From: Macrostomum lignano
Lineage: Eukaryota
Length of the DNA stretch: 64,000 nt
Direction: 5' to 3'
Assembly: GCA_002269645.1 (NCBI GenBank)
Contig: NIVC01002336.1
Coordinates: 62,001-126,000 of the forward strand
Shown: positions 1 to 12,560 of the stretch, one piece after another
Position numbering within the stretch: the stretch's first letter is position 1
Layout of the letters: each line of letters begins with the position of its first letter
The notes under the pieces: generated by a model
What the model saw: the letters and a program-made list of their open reading frames with translations, nothing else
Database searches by the model: none
What the model was told of the DNA's origin: nothing
Made by a program: the position numbers and the translations under genes

Positions 1-548
1 CCAATAAACAAATATCTTTTCGCTCATAGTTTGATACAATCAAATTATTAACAATAATAATTTTTTTACAACAGATTAGCACAATTCGCCAAAGCGGGTG
101 GGCGGGTATTTTCTGGATTGAGGTGGACTATGCAGTTAGCGAGGGGGTTGAAAATGCCCCTCCCGGCCCTCCAGGTTCCATTGGCGGCGTTCAGATTAGC
201 GTCGCAATAATACAGGCTAATTGCAGACACGGGGTGCTGCGGTAGGTTGCCGCAGGTTAGCCTGTTTTTAGCATAAGCGTGTGTGTGGGCGTCGAACTAT
301 ATGGTGTTGGCTCGCTTTGGCTTGTTTGGGTGTAAAGCTGCTAATTGCCGCACCTGTTTATGTACGTGTTGGTTCTACTTTTTCAGGCAGGTAGACCAAG
401 ATCGCATTTGCAGGCCGCAATCCCAGCGGATGCAAAATAGCGCACCCTGTGACACTGAACGTTTTATGGTTGACACAATGATGCAGCTGCTGGGAGTTGA
501 ATTCAGAATCTGGCTGAAGAGAGGATTTGCAGTAAAGGGTCAGAAATT

Positions 549-1700
549 GATTAGGAGAGGGGATCAGGGAGATTAGGAGAGGGGATCAGAGAGATTGGGA
601 GAGGGGATCAGAGAGATTGTGAGAGGGGATCAGAGAGATTGGGAGAGGGGATCAGAGAGATTGGGAGAGGGGATCAGGGAGATTAGGAGAGGGGATCAGA
701 GAGATTGGGAGAGGGGATCAGGGAGATTAGGAGAGGGGATCAGAGAGATTGGGAGAGGGGATCAGGGAGATTAGGAGAGGGGATCAAAGAGATTGGGAGA
801 GGGGATCAGAAAGATTGGGAGAAGGGGATCAGAAAGATTAGGAGATGGGATCGGAGAGATTAGGAGAGGGGATCAAAGAGATTGGGAGAGGGGATCAGAG
901 AAATTGGGAGAGGGGATCGGAGAGATTAGGAGAGGGGATCAAAGAGATTGGGAGAGGGGATCAGGGAGATTAGGAGAGGGGATCAGAGAAATTGGGAGAG
1001 GGGATCGGAGAGATTAGGAGAAGGGATCCGAAAGATTGGGAGAAGGGGATTAGAGAGACTAGGAGAGGGGATCAAAAAGATGGAGAGAAGGAGATCAGAG
1101 ATAGATTAGGAGAGGGGATCAGAGAGATTGGGGGAGGGGATCAGAGAGATTGGGAGAGGGCATCGGAGAGACTAGGAGAGGGGATCGGAGAGATTGGGGA
1201 GGGGATCAGAGTGATTTGGAGAGGGGATCAGGGAGATTGGGGAGGGGATCAGAGTGATTTGGAGAGGGGATCAGGGAGATTGGGGAGGGGATCAGAGAAA
1301 TTGGGAGAGGGGATCGGAGAGATTAGGAGAAGGGATCCGAAAGATAGGGAGAAGGAGATCAGAGATAGATTAGGAGAGGGGATCAGAGAGATTGGGGGAG
1401 GGGATCAGAGAGATTGGGGGAGGGGATCAGAGAGATTGGGAGAGGGCATCGGAGAGACTAGGAGAGGGGATCAGCGAGATATTAGGAAAGAGGATCAGAG
1501 AGATTGGGAGAGGGGATCAGAGATAGATTAGGAGAGGGGATCAGAGAGATTGGGAGAGGGGATCGGAGAGATTGGGGAGGGGATCAGAGTGATTTGGAGA
1601 GGGGATCAGGGAGATTGGGGAGGGGATCAGAGTGATTGGGAGAGGGGATCGGAGAAACTAGGAAAGGGATCGGAGAGATTTAGAGACGGGATCAGAGGAA
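549..1700. repeat. Purine-rich ~22-bp minisatellite
   Basis: Degenerate tandem GAGAGGGGATCAGAGAGATTGG units; explains the ORFs at 793 and 992. Confidence 0.95.
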
Positions 1701-2241
1701 TCCTGTAGAGAAAGGGGATTAGGATCAGTGAAAATCAGCTATGGGCTATGAGAGCTTCGAAGAGGGGATTAAGAGTTGAAGGATGTTCAACAAGTCATGA
1801 TTCGATCCCGTTGCAAGAATAATTAAAACCGATGTAAGTAAATTCAAAATGAAAAGTGAAACTTGTACTTTAATTCTACGAGCTATCTGTCAGCTATTTG
1901 TTCATAAGTTGTCTGGCGCAGTCACGCAGGTATAAGTTTAGCAGGAGTTCTGTGAACACGGGCTGGCTATTAAATGACAAAGATGGCCAACACAGAAGCC
2001 GCAGACTTTCTAAATAGTGAATCGCGCCCACCCCTGGCGGCATTGAAGCACACGTGCACAGCTGTTATTCAGTTATAAAAAAGCAGTTTATTGCACCAGA
2101 CAGCAATAAGTCGGCGGTAAAATGATGAAATGAGAGCTTGTAAACTCTGGGATCCTGATGCAAGTTTGCCTCACTTCACCGCGCTCGTGTGGGTCATCGG
2201 AAAGGGAATTCTGGACAAATGTCTCACTGAAGATCCTGGTG

Positions 2242-2535
2242 GGCACTGATTCCCATTGATATTGGAATAAGCGGGCACTGCATGATTCCCATTGATATTG
2301 GAATAAGCGGGCACTGCATGATTCCCATTGATATTGGAATAAGCGGGCACTGCATGATTCCCATTGATATTGGAATAAGCGGGCACTGCATGATTCCCAT
2401 TGATATTGGAATAAGCGGGCACTGCATGATTCCCATTGATATTGGAATAAGCGGGCACTGCATGATTCCCATTGATATTGGAATAAGCGGGCACTGCATG
2501 ATTTCCATTGATACTGGAATAAGCGCACTGATATC
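2242..2535. repeat. 36-bp minisatellite, about 8 copies
   Basis: Unit CATGATTCCCATTGATATTGGAATAAGCGGGCACTG. Confidence 0.95.
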
Positions 2536-2984
2536 CATCTCATTGATTGAATAAGCCCGCACTAAAGTTGGAAATACACACGCAGTTCTATAAAAGAAGC
2601 ATAAACTGGAAAGTCATGCAAAATGCCACTGAATAAATATTCCATCTGCCAAAATAAAAGTTTTAAGGATTTACTGAGCGAGTTAAGCAACGCATCGCTC
2701 TGGCCATGGACCTGCCAACCGCAAAGCATAAATATCTTTCTAGACCAATGCGACCTACCATTTGTATTCGCTTTCTTAAAGGTCGTTAACTTGCGACTTC
2801 GATTCTGGAATTCTAGTCCGTTTGGTGCGGGACATTTGGGAACTGGGATACGGGATCTGGGATTCTGGTTTGGCTGAATTACTGCTTTTTGCTATTGGGG
2901 ATTCAGGATTTTGGTCGATCTTTTGGGGATCTCTGTCTGAGGATATGAAATCCCAATAGGGGTTGGAGAGTTTGATAGGGAATT

Positions 2985-3228
2985 TTGAGTTGGGATTTGG
3001 GATCTTCATTTTGGATTTGGGATCTTGATCTGGGATTTAAGGTCTTAATCTGGGATTTTGGAATCTTGATCTGGGATTTGAGATCTTGATCTGGGATTTT
3101 GGAATCTTGATCTGGGATTTGGGATCTTGATCTGGGATTTGGGATCTTGATCTGGGATTTTGGAATCTTGATCTGGGATTTGGGATCTTGATCTGGGATT
3201 TTGGAATCTTGATCTGGGATTTGAGATC
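2985..3228. repeat. ~20-bp minisatellite
   Basis: GATCTTGATCTGGGATTT(T)GG units; resembles the reverse complement of the 3983-4490 array. Confidence 0.9.
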
Positions 3229-3317
3229 TAAATGCGTGATTCAAATAAATACTTCAAAAAGCTCAACGGGCTCCACTTAACCCCGGCACTCAGTTGAAGG
3301 GAAAAAGAATAAATAAG

Positions 3318-3319
<2 letters not shown>

Positions 3320-3381
<62 letters not shown>
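3320..3381. repeat. (GA)n microsatellite
   Basis: Uninterrupted GA run. Confidence 0.98.
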
Positions 3382-3383
<2 letters not shown>

Positions 3384-3982
3384 AGAAAGACACTCGCAAC
3401 TCAGTCTTGGCAAGCAGTGCAGTGCAGTCGAACTTGCTGTAAATAATTCAATGATCCCGTAGGCTCAGGTAGCGAGCTCGAACAGTCAGATCTGGAGGAT
3501 TTGAGTCCCGGCTGGGCCCAACCCCCAGTTCAATAAGCAAGAAATGCAGCAACTACTTTGCCAGCCAGCCTATCCTCTGTCATGCCCTGCTTCAGTTGTC
3601 CATTCGCTCCTCCTCTTTGGCGTTTCCCATATGCTCAGAGGGTCGCTTCCGTCCCAACTTCCCACCAAATATTCCCATAGCAAATATTTGCCAGAGCGAC
3701 AACTAAGCAGGTGTCAGTCAGGCAGATAAGATTTTTATCCAAGACTTCTGTTTGCCAACTTCTAGGCGTCTGGTGACGACGGGCAATTTCTTGTCTCGAG
3801 CAAGAGAAATTGCAGGTGCGCCAGAAATCGTGTTTCCGTTATTTTTTTACTTGTAAAGCCTAATGAGAGCCATCAGAGCAGCGAAACCTGCATGCAAAAT
3901 TAAAAAACCTGAAAGCTAATGCATTTGTACCTAGCAATAGCAGCTCATACGCATGTACGCTTGTAGACGCCAATATTGATCG

Positions 3983-4490
3983 TCAATATGCCCGATTGAG
4001 ATCCCAAATGCCCGATTGAGATCCCAAATTCCCGATTGAGATCCCAGATTCCTGATTAAGATCCCAAATGCCCGATTGAGATCCCAAATGCCCGATTGAG
4101 ATCCCAAATGTCCGATTGAGATCCCAAATGTCCGATTGAGATCCCAGATTCCTGATTGAGATCCCAAATGTCCGATTGAGATCCCAAATGTCCGATTGAG
4201 ATCCCAGATTCCTGATTGAGATCCCAAATGCCCGATTGAGATCCCAGATCCCTGATTGAGATCCCAAATGCCCGATTGAGATCCCAAATGCCCGATTGAG
4301 ATCCCAAATGTCCGATTGAGATCCCAAATGTCCGATTGAGATCCCAGATTCCTGATTGAGATCCCAAATGCCCGATTGAGATCCCAAATCCACGATTAAA
4401 ATACCAAATCCCAGATTGAGATCCCAAATCCAAGATCGAGATCCCAAATCCCAGATTGAGATCCCAAATCCCAGATTGAGATCTCAAATC
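3983..4490. repeat. 20-bp minisatellite
   Basis: GATTGAGATCCCAAATGCCC units and variants. Confidence 0.95.
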
Positions 4491-4737
4491 TATGGTTGAG
4501 ATTCCAAATTAAAAATATTTACCAGCAATCTCGCATATCGAAAAAGGCGCACTCGCTTAGAATGTGCATGACACTGATTTAAATATTCAGGAAACCTTCA
4601 TAGCCTTTCTAGTTTATTGACATTTAGCAAGCAAAAAATCGATAAAGCTTTTCGGATTTTACAAGAAACTGTTGTGAGAGTTTTTGAACACAAAAATTAA
4701 AGATATACATCAGTCTGCGATGCGTAGGTAAATTAGA

Positions 4738-5260
4738 TGAGATAGACAGGGATTGAGATAGACAGGTACAGAGTGAGATAGACAGGGGCAAAGTGAGATA
4801 GACAGCGGCAGAGTGAGATAGACAGGGACAAAGTGAGATAGACAGCGGCAGAGTGAGATAGACAGGGACAGAGTGAGATAGAGAGGGACAGAGTGAGATA
4901 GACAGGGACAAAGTGAGATAGGCAGGAACAAAGTGAGATAGACAGCGGCAGAGTGAGATAGACAGGGACAAAGTGAGATAGACAGCGGCAGAGTGAGATA
5001 GGCAGGAACAAAGTGAGATAGACAGCGGCAGAGTGAGATAGACAGGGACAAAGTGAGATAGACAGCGGCAGAGTGAGATAGACAGGGACAAAGTGAGATA
5101 GACAGCGGCAGAGTGAGATAGGCAGGAACAAAGTGAGATAGACAGCGGCAGAGTGAGATAGACAGGGACAAAGTGAGATAGACAGCGGCAGAGTGAGATA
5201 GACAGCGGCAGAGTGAGATAGACAGCGGCAGAGTGAGATAGAGAGGGACAGAGTGAGATA
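4738..5260. repeat. 20-bp minisatellite
   Basis: GAGTGAGATAGACAGCGGCA / ...GGGACA units. Confidence 0.95.
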
Positions 5261-5467
5261 TTCGTTAGATAAGGGAACAAATAGACACAGAAACCAGGAC
5301 AACAACAAAAGTTTAAAGCCAAGAATACACTCAAAGAATCCCAATTAGTTAACTGTAGATAAAAATAAAACTAAATTCGAAAATTGAGTAAGCATGTATG
5401 GGTTTGGAACATGGCGACACGGTTTTGCTTTAAAAGCGTTAGGCGATGCATTACAATGAATACTCTA

Positions 5468-5777
5468 AGATCTCAAGGTAGATCTCAAGCTAGATCTCAG
5501 GCTAGATCTCAAGGTAGATCTCAGCCTAGATCTCAAGCTAGATCTCAGGGTAGATCTGAGACTAAATCTTAGACTAGATCTTAAGGTAGATCTCAGGCTA
5601 AGATCTCAGGCTAGATCTCAAGCTAAATCTAAGTTTAGATCTCAAAGTAAATCTCAGGCTAGATCTCAGGCTAGATCTCAGGCTAGATCTCAAGGTAGAT
5701 CTCAGCCTAGATCTCAGGGTAGATCTCAGGATAGATCTCAGGATAGATCTCAGGCTAGATCTCAGGCTAGATCTCAG
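5468..5777. repeat. 11-bp minisatellite abutting the GPCR stop codon
   Basis: AGATCTCAGGCT-type units running up to the TGA at 5774-5776. Confidence 0.9.
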
Positions 5778-7702
5778 GCAATTTCAGTCACAGCCGGCAC
5801 TTTGCTTTTCGCTGGCACAAGTAAGAAATTCTTGCCGCCTGACTTCCGCTTCGGCAACTCCTCTTCGACAGCGGCTCCACGGTCCCCGTTGCACTGCTGA
5901 CTGAAGACGCCGCTCACCCCGCTGCGGCCTCGGCTTGTGGCGGCCGGGCGGCTTCGCTGACGGCCGAGCATCTTCAGGCAGGCGGCTCGAATGTCGGTGT
6001 TCATGGCGCCGAAGATCAGCGGGTTGGTGCACGAGGCCAGGGCGTACATCAGGGTGACGGCCACGTAGGCATTGGGGCTGAGCTTGTTGTCCGAGTCGAG
6101 CATTCGCAGGCAGCCGTAGGGCAGGAAGCCCATGAGGAACATGGCGAACACCGCGCCGAACATCTTCGTGATCTGCAGTTCGCGTTTCAGCAGCAGCCTG
6201 TCGGCCACGGTGGACCGGACTCCGGTGCGGTGCACGAAAACGAAGATCAGGGCGAAACAGATCAACACAATGAGGCAGGGGAGCAGCTGGGTGAGCAGGA
6301 CTACAATTCCGATGCGGGACTTGTGCTCAGCGGTGTAGATGCAGCGAAGCATCTTTGCCTGGTGAGCAAAAAAGGTTTGGGTGGCCAATCCGTTAAATTT
6401 TTCGAAAAGATCTGGGCGTGGAGATACGGACTGAGCGGATAGATAAGCAGCCATTCTGGCCTCAGCTGCAGCTCGCAAGGCCGATCAAATTGCAAGGGGA
6501 TCGAGAGGGGGATTGGGAGCCATTGGAAGAATCAGAGGATCTGATGCTGAGATTATCAGGGACTGGTGAAGGGCACAGGTGAAGGGCACAGGTGAATGGC
6601 ACAGGTGAAGGGCACAGGTGAAGGGCACAGGTGAAGGGCACAGGTGAAGGGCACAGGTGAAGGGCACAGGTGAAGGGCACAGGTGAAGGGCACAGGTGAA
6701 GGGCACAGGTGAAGGGCACAGGTAAAGGGCACAGGTGAAGGGCACAGGTGAAGGGCACAGGTGAAGGGCACAGGTGAAGGGCACAGGTGAAGGGCACAGG
6801 TGAAGGGCACAGGTGAAGGGCACAGGTGAAGGGCACAGGTGAAGGGCACAGGTGAAGGGCACAGGTGAAGGGCACAGGTGAAGGGCACAGGTGAAGGGCA
6901 CAGGTGAAGGGCACAGGTGAAGGGCACAGGTGAAGGGCACAGGTGAAGGGCACAGGTGAAGGGCACAGGTGAAGGGCACAGGTGAAGGGCACATGTGAAG
7001 GACACAGGTGAAGGGCACAGGTGAAGGGCACAGGTGAAGGGCACAGGTGAAGGGCACAGGTGAAGGGCACATGTGAAGGACACAGGTGAAGGGCACAGGT
7101 GAAGGGCACAGGTGAAGGGCACAGGTGAAGGGCACAGGTGAAGGGCACAGGTGAAGGGCACAGGTGAAGGGCACAGCTACCTGATAAGTGGTCATGTTAA
7201 ACCAGCGGCCCCCGTTAAATAGCGGATGCGTGAGGCTGAGCATGGTGGCGAACAGTCGAGTCCCAACCAGCATGCAGACCGAGTACAGTCCCTTGTGCAT
7301 CCCCAGGTAGGCGTTGCGGTGCACCACCACAATGTAGCGATGCAGGCCAATCAGGGCGTGGTGCCACAGAGACACGCACACCAGCAGCATGTTCAGCTCC
7401 GGCATGAGGTCGCACAGCAGGTCGCCAAGAACCCATCCGTGAGCCAGGTAGGACACGGCAACCATGCTCTGGTTGGTGAGCAGATTCAGCAAGTCGTTGA
7501 TGCACAGGCTGGCTATGAACAAGTTGATAAGATTGGTGCGCATATCCCGGCGGCTCAGGATCACCAGCACCAGGAGCAGATTGCCAGCCAGGCCAAGCAG
7601 CAGGCACAGCAGCATGGCGACACCAGCTGGCAGGGTGAACTTCGGGTCCGGCGGCTCCCCAGCCGGGCTGCCGCTGCCGTTCAACAAGTCGGTGCCGTTC
7701 AT
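5774..7702 (-). CDS. Class A (rhodopsin-like) GPCR, 2 exons, about 368 aa
   Basis: Exons 7702-7181 and 6358-5774 with a phase-0 GT-AG intron (..TYQ|AKMLRC..). TM1 GN, TM2 NLFIASLCINDLL, TM3 HRY (DRY-like), TM7 NPLIF. No TM7 lysine, so not an opsin. Confidence 0.9.
6563..7176. repeat. 13-bp minisatellite in the GPCR intron
   Basis: GTGAAGGGCACAG, about 47 copies, starting a few nt from the splice donor. Confidence 0.97.
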
Positions 7703-7959
7703 GTCGGTGGAGTCGGAGACAGAGAGCGAGCCGGTGACGAAGCTTTATGGATCCGATAAAACAGTCAAGGGATTTTAAAGCTGCTATGGGGGACCAATGA
7801 GAGTCTGTCGGGCAGCGATTGGTCAGTGAGGATTTCAAATCCGCAATAGGAAAGTGCATATGGGAGGCCTTGTTTGGGAACCTAGGCGGCTTTGGTGAAA
7901 TCTGGGTGGATTCAAATGGAGGGACAGGTGCCAGGAGAGCCATTGATGAGGGGTCAGAT

Positions 7960-8403
7960 GAGCGATGAAGGGAGGGGTCAGATGAGAGATAAGGGGAGGG
8001 TCAGATGAGAGATGAAGGGAGGGGTCAGATGAGAGATAAGGGGAGGGTCAGATGAGAGATGAAGGGAGGGTCAGATGAGAGATAAGGGGAGGGTCAGATA
8101 ATAGATGGAGGGTCAGATAATAGATGAAGGGAGGGTCAGATAATAGATGAAGGGAGGGTCAGATAATAGATGAAGGGAGGGTCAGATAATAGATGAAGGG
8201 AGGGTCAGATAATAGATGAAGGGAGGGTCAGATAATAGATGAAGGGAGGGTCAGATAATAGATGAAGGGAGGGTCAGATGAGAGATAATGAAGACAGGAT
8301 CAGTTGAGAGATAAAGGGAGGGTCAGATGAGAGATGAAGGGAGGGTCAGCTGAGATGAAGGGAGGGTCAGATAAGAGATGAAGGGAGGGTCAGCTGAGAT
8401 GAA
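7960..8403. repeat. ~23-bp minisatellite
   Basis: GATGAAGGGAGGGTCAGATAATA / GATGAGA units. Confidence 0.93.
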
Positions 8404-9784
8404 GGGAATCAGGAGGTCACACGTGTGATCGCGCTGTACTTTCTTGGGCTTTCCAATTATTTTTAATCCCAACCCAGCGCCACTGTCCGTCTCGTGCGGA
8501 CTCCCCTGTCGCTCACAGAGCGCCACGCCAACTTTTTCTCCCATAAATATTCTCCCCATCGCTTGCTTATCCTGAGCACCCTGTCGGCTTCCCCTCCTGC
8601 CTTGCTCAGTTCCGGTGGGTCAGGGGGGGGCGTTCTCGTGCAGGAGTGGCGTTGGACAGAACCACCTCGCTATGGGACGAAATTGCAACAAAATAACCCC
8701 CTAAGGCTGCATCCTGTATGGGAATGGGGAGGCAGCATCGAGAGTTGTCGCTGGTTTGGGCCCCTGAAATTCCTAAATTACTGTTACCGGGACGGCGGAC
8801 TTCCATCGGCCCAAAATCAGCTTTTTTGATCTTTTTTTGGGGTTGAAGAATTTCCTTAGTTGCCGTTTTCGCAATGGAATAAACATTATATGAGTATGTA
8901 TCGACAGGAATAAGCGGGGGATTCTTATAATGAGTATTGCTCTGATGGGAGAATAATTTCCAATGAGAGGGATTTTCTGATTAGGGATTTTCTAAATGAT
9001 GAATTTTTGGCATTTGCAGCTTGTAGCGAGGGCCTACTCAAGTAGACGGACGGGAAACTGCGTTTCAAAGAAATGTTTAGGAGGCTGGTTTTACAGAAAA
9101 AAGTTTATTAATTGTCAGCACAAAATTTGTGCTTTTGATAGGAGGCAGACCCAATGCTTTTCTTTCCGATATGACTTGCCTTTCTCAAGTCGTAAGTAGT
9201 GCATTTTATGAATATTTTTTATCATGCTTAGCTTATTGATTTCGAAAGAAAATTGATTTTTAACTATAAAACAAGATGAACAAAAGATGAGCATTGGGTC
9301 TGCCTAACATTAAATGCAATAACAAATTTTGTACTGAAAAATGAAAACCTCCATTCTCCGCAATGTATTTTTTCGGCAAAAACCTGACTTCTTGAACATT
9401 TTGCAAGAATCATAGTTTCCGGTCCAGCTAACATTAGTAGTAGTCCTTGGTTTGCAGTCCGTCGAGTCCACCAAGTTGATCAAGCTGAGCTCAGAGGGCT
9501 CCAATTCATTTGATTGCACTACTGCCCCCAAAATGTTGCCCAATATAGAATAAATAATTTATTAAACGCTGAAGGCAACCAGGCACTTTTGATCGAATTT
9601 ATCTGACCTCTGGTGCAAGGAAAAAGTTTTCTGCACGGGCCAATTGAATTTATAAATAAGATTAACTTGAACATCAAGCTGACTCGATGGAGATTCGGTT
9701 ATGCAAAAACATTGGGTGAACTGAAAGCTTGAATAAGCAGAAGTGCGCAGTTAAAATAACGCACAGTTGAAAGCGCGTAACGTA

Positions 9785-10052
9785 ATAAGCGCGCACTGTA
9801 AGAAGCGCGCACTGTATAAAGCGCGCACTGTAAGAAGCGCACACTGTAAGAAGCGCACACTGTAAGAAGCGCGCACTGTAAGAAGCGCGCACTGTAAAAA
9901 GCGCGCACTGTAAAAAGCGTGCACTGTAAGAAGCGCGCACTGTAAGAAGCGCGCACTGTAAGAAGCGCACACTGTAAGAAGCGCGCACAGTAAGAAGCGC
10001 GCACAGTAAGAAGCGCCCACTGTAAAAAGCGCGCACAGTAAGAAGCGCACAC
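9785..10052. repeat. 16-bp minisatellite
   Basis: GCGCGCACTGTAAGAA units. Confidence 0.93.
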
Positions 10053-10349
10053 AGTCGTTGGCGCACCTATGCAAAAATCTAACTTGGTGAACTACTTGCG
10101 CACTTTTTTGTATATTTTTTAGAAGCGGAAAAATAAATAAGGGCTTAAAATCCGACTTACCATGCAAACCAAGGCCTACTGCTTATATTCTGTCTGCTTA
10201 TAACACGCTAATGACCTTAATGCCTTTTCTGCCCGTTAGAGCGGGATGATGGGATACCGGATGCGGCTATACGTTGGCTGCATGGGGATGCCATTAGGCT
10301 GTGGCGTGAGCCAGACTCAGATTAGTGTAGGCTTGTCTGTGGGCGTGAG

Positions 10350-11900
10350 TCTGAGACATGAAATCAGTTTGTACAAATATACAGATGACACTGAGACATG
10401 AAATCAGTTTGTACAAATATACAGAGACACTGAGACATGAAATCAGTTTGTACAAATATACAGATGACACTGAGACATGAAATCAGTTTGTACAAATATA
10501 CAGATGACACTGAGACATGAAATCAGTTTGTACAAATATACAGATGACACTGAGACATGAAATCAGTTTGTACAAATATACAGATGACACTGAGACATGA
10601 AATCAGTTTGTACAAATATACAGATGACACTGAGACATGAAATCAGTTTGTACAAATATACAGATGACACTGAGACATGAAATCAGTTTGTACAAATATA
10701 CAGATGACACTGAGACATGAAATCAGTTTGTACAAATATACAGATGACACTGAGACATGAAATCAGTTTGTACAAATATACAGATGACACTGAGACATGA
10801 AATCAGTTTGTACAAATATACAGAGACACTGAGACATGAAACCAGTTTGTACAAATATACAGAGACACTGAGACATGAAATCAGTTTGTACAAATATACA
10901 GAGACACTGAGACATGAAATCAGTTTGTACAAATATACAGATGACACTGAGACATGAAATCAGTTTGTACAAATATACAGATGACACTGAGACATGAAAT
11001 CAGTTTGTACAAATATACAGATGACACTGAGACATGAAATCAGTTTGTACAAATATACAGATGACACTGAGACATGAAATCAGTTTGTACAAATATACAG
11101 ATGACACTGAGACATGAAATCAGTTTGTACAAATATACAGAGACACTGAGACATGAAATCAGTTTGTACAAATATACAGATGACACTGAGACATGAAATC
11201 AGTTTGTACAAATATACAGATGACACTGAGACATGAAATCAGTTTGTACAAATATACAGATGACACTGAGACATGAAATCAGTTTGTACAAATATACAGA
11301 TGACACTGAGACATGAAATCAGTTTGTACAAATATACAGATGACACTGAGACATGAAATCAGTTTGTACAAATATACAGATGACACTGAGACATGAAATC
11401 AGTTTGTACAAATATACAGATGACACTGAGACATGAAATCAGTTTGTACAAATATACAGAGACACTGAGACATGAAATCAGTTTGTACAAATATACAGAT
11501 GACACTGAGACATGAAATCAGTTTGTACAAATATACAGAGACACTGAGACATGAAATCAGTTTGTACAAATATACAGAGACACTGAGACATGAAATCAGT
11601 TTGTACAAATATACAGATGACACTGAGACATGAAATCAGTTTGTACAAATATACAGATGACACTGAGACATGAAATCAGTTTGTACAAATATACAGATGA
11701 CACTGAGACATGAAATCAGTTTGTACAAATATACAGATGACACTGAGACATGAAATCAGTTTGTACAAATATACAGAGACACTGAGACATGAAATCAGTT
11801 TGTACAAATATACAGATGACACTGAGACATGAAATCAGTTTGTACAAATATACAGATGACACTGAGACATGAAATCAGTTTGTACAAATATACAGAGACA
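10350..11900. repeat. 39/40-bp highly homogeneous minisatellite, about 39 copies
   Basis: CTGAGACATGAAATCAGTTTGTACAAATATACAGA(T)GACA; two length variants interspersed; no unique spacers. Confidence 0.98.
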
Positions 11901-12279
11901 AATACGAGTTTAAGCCGATTCAGGACCTACGCTCGTATATCCTTGATCTTAAAATGCTTAATTGGGCACAGCTGGAGTGTTGCATTGCCCCCTGTATGCC
12001 CCCTGTATGCCGCGGTGCTCACAGGCTAATTACGAGCTAAGAGCATGTTGTTCCTTCTGCTTCTGGCACAGAGGAAGGCAGCTAGGACCAGTCCAAGTGT
12101 AGTTCAGCTGCCGTTACACTAATTGCAAGGCATTGCGATGAACTGACGCTAACGATTAACATCTTTCACTTTTCTTTGTAAGACACAGGTTTCTTCTTCA
12201 AGAGCAGGTAAAGTCCACTGGGGGTAGAGGTGTGCAAAGGAGTTTTGAATTTGTGACGTGGATCTTTATTTTGAATCTG

Positions 12280-12560
12280 AAGAAATTTCTCTTCTGGGCA
12301 CCTTGGCGTCATGCAAGCGCGCCAATGCTATGTACGCAGGCACAGCACTCACACACGCGCTCACGCAGGGTGTACAGCGCCCTGACTGTCTAATCGTCAG
12401 GAATGTACACTCTAGCTCTGTGCCTTGGGGCGGGGGGGGGTTAGCCCTCATGGCTGTGAATCGCACAACAACCCACCGGCTTAGTTTTCGTGCCGCGCAC
12501 GGAATCGAACCAGGGGCCGAGGCGCGAGAGTCGGACGCGTTCACGGCTGCAGTGCTCTGA
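12280..12560 (-). mobile_element. Putative tRNA-derived SINE
   Basis: Minus strand has a Pol III B-box-like GGTTCGATTCC near 12500-12512; the body (GCTGTACAC..GTGAG..CATTGGCGCGCTTG) recurs at about 57135-57200 and 58012-58066. Confidence 0.45.

Noticed and set aside
3455-3530. tRNA gene (also a B-box-like sequence near 19195-19215)
   Set aside because: Only degenerate A/B-box similarity and no cloverleaf could be built; at most a SINE remnant
793-5344. Repetitive ORFs over tandem arrays (also those at 9674-11663, 17970-18955, 24167-24783, 32914-33709 and 37416-38075)
   Set aside because: They are translations of minisatellites or low-complexity tracts, open in several frames, with no coding signature
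5774-7702. Opsin assignment for the GPCR
   Set aside because: No retinal-binding lysine in TM7
10350-11900. Possible CRISPR array
   Set aside because: Units are contiguous with no unique spacers, there are no cas genes, and the context is eukaryotic
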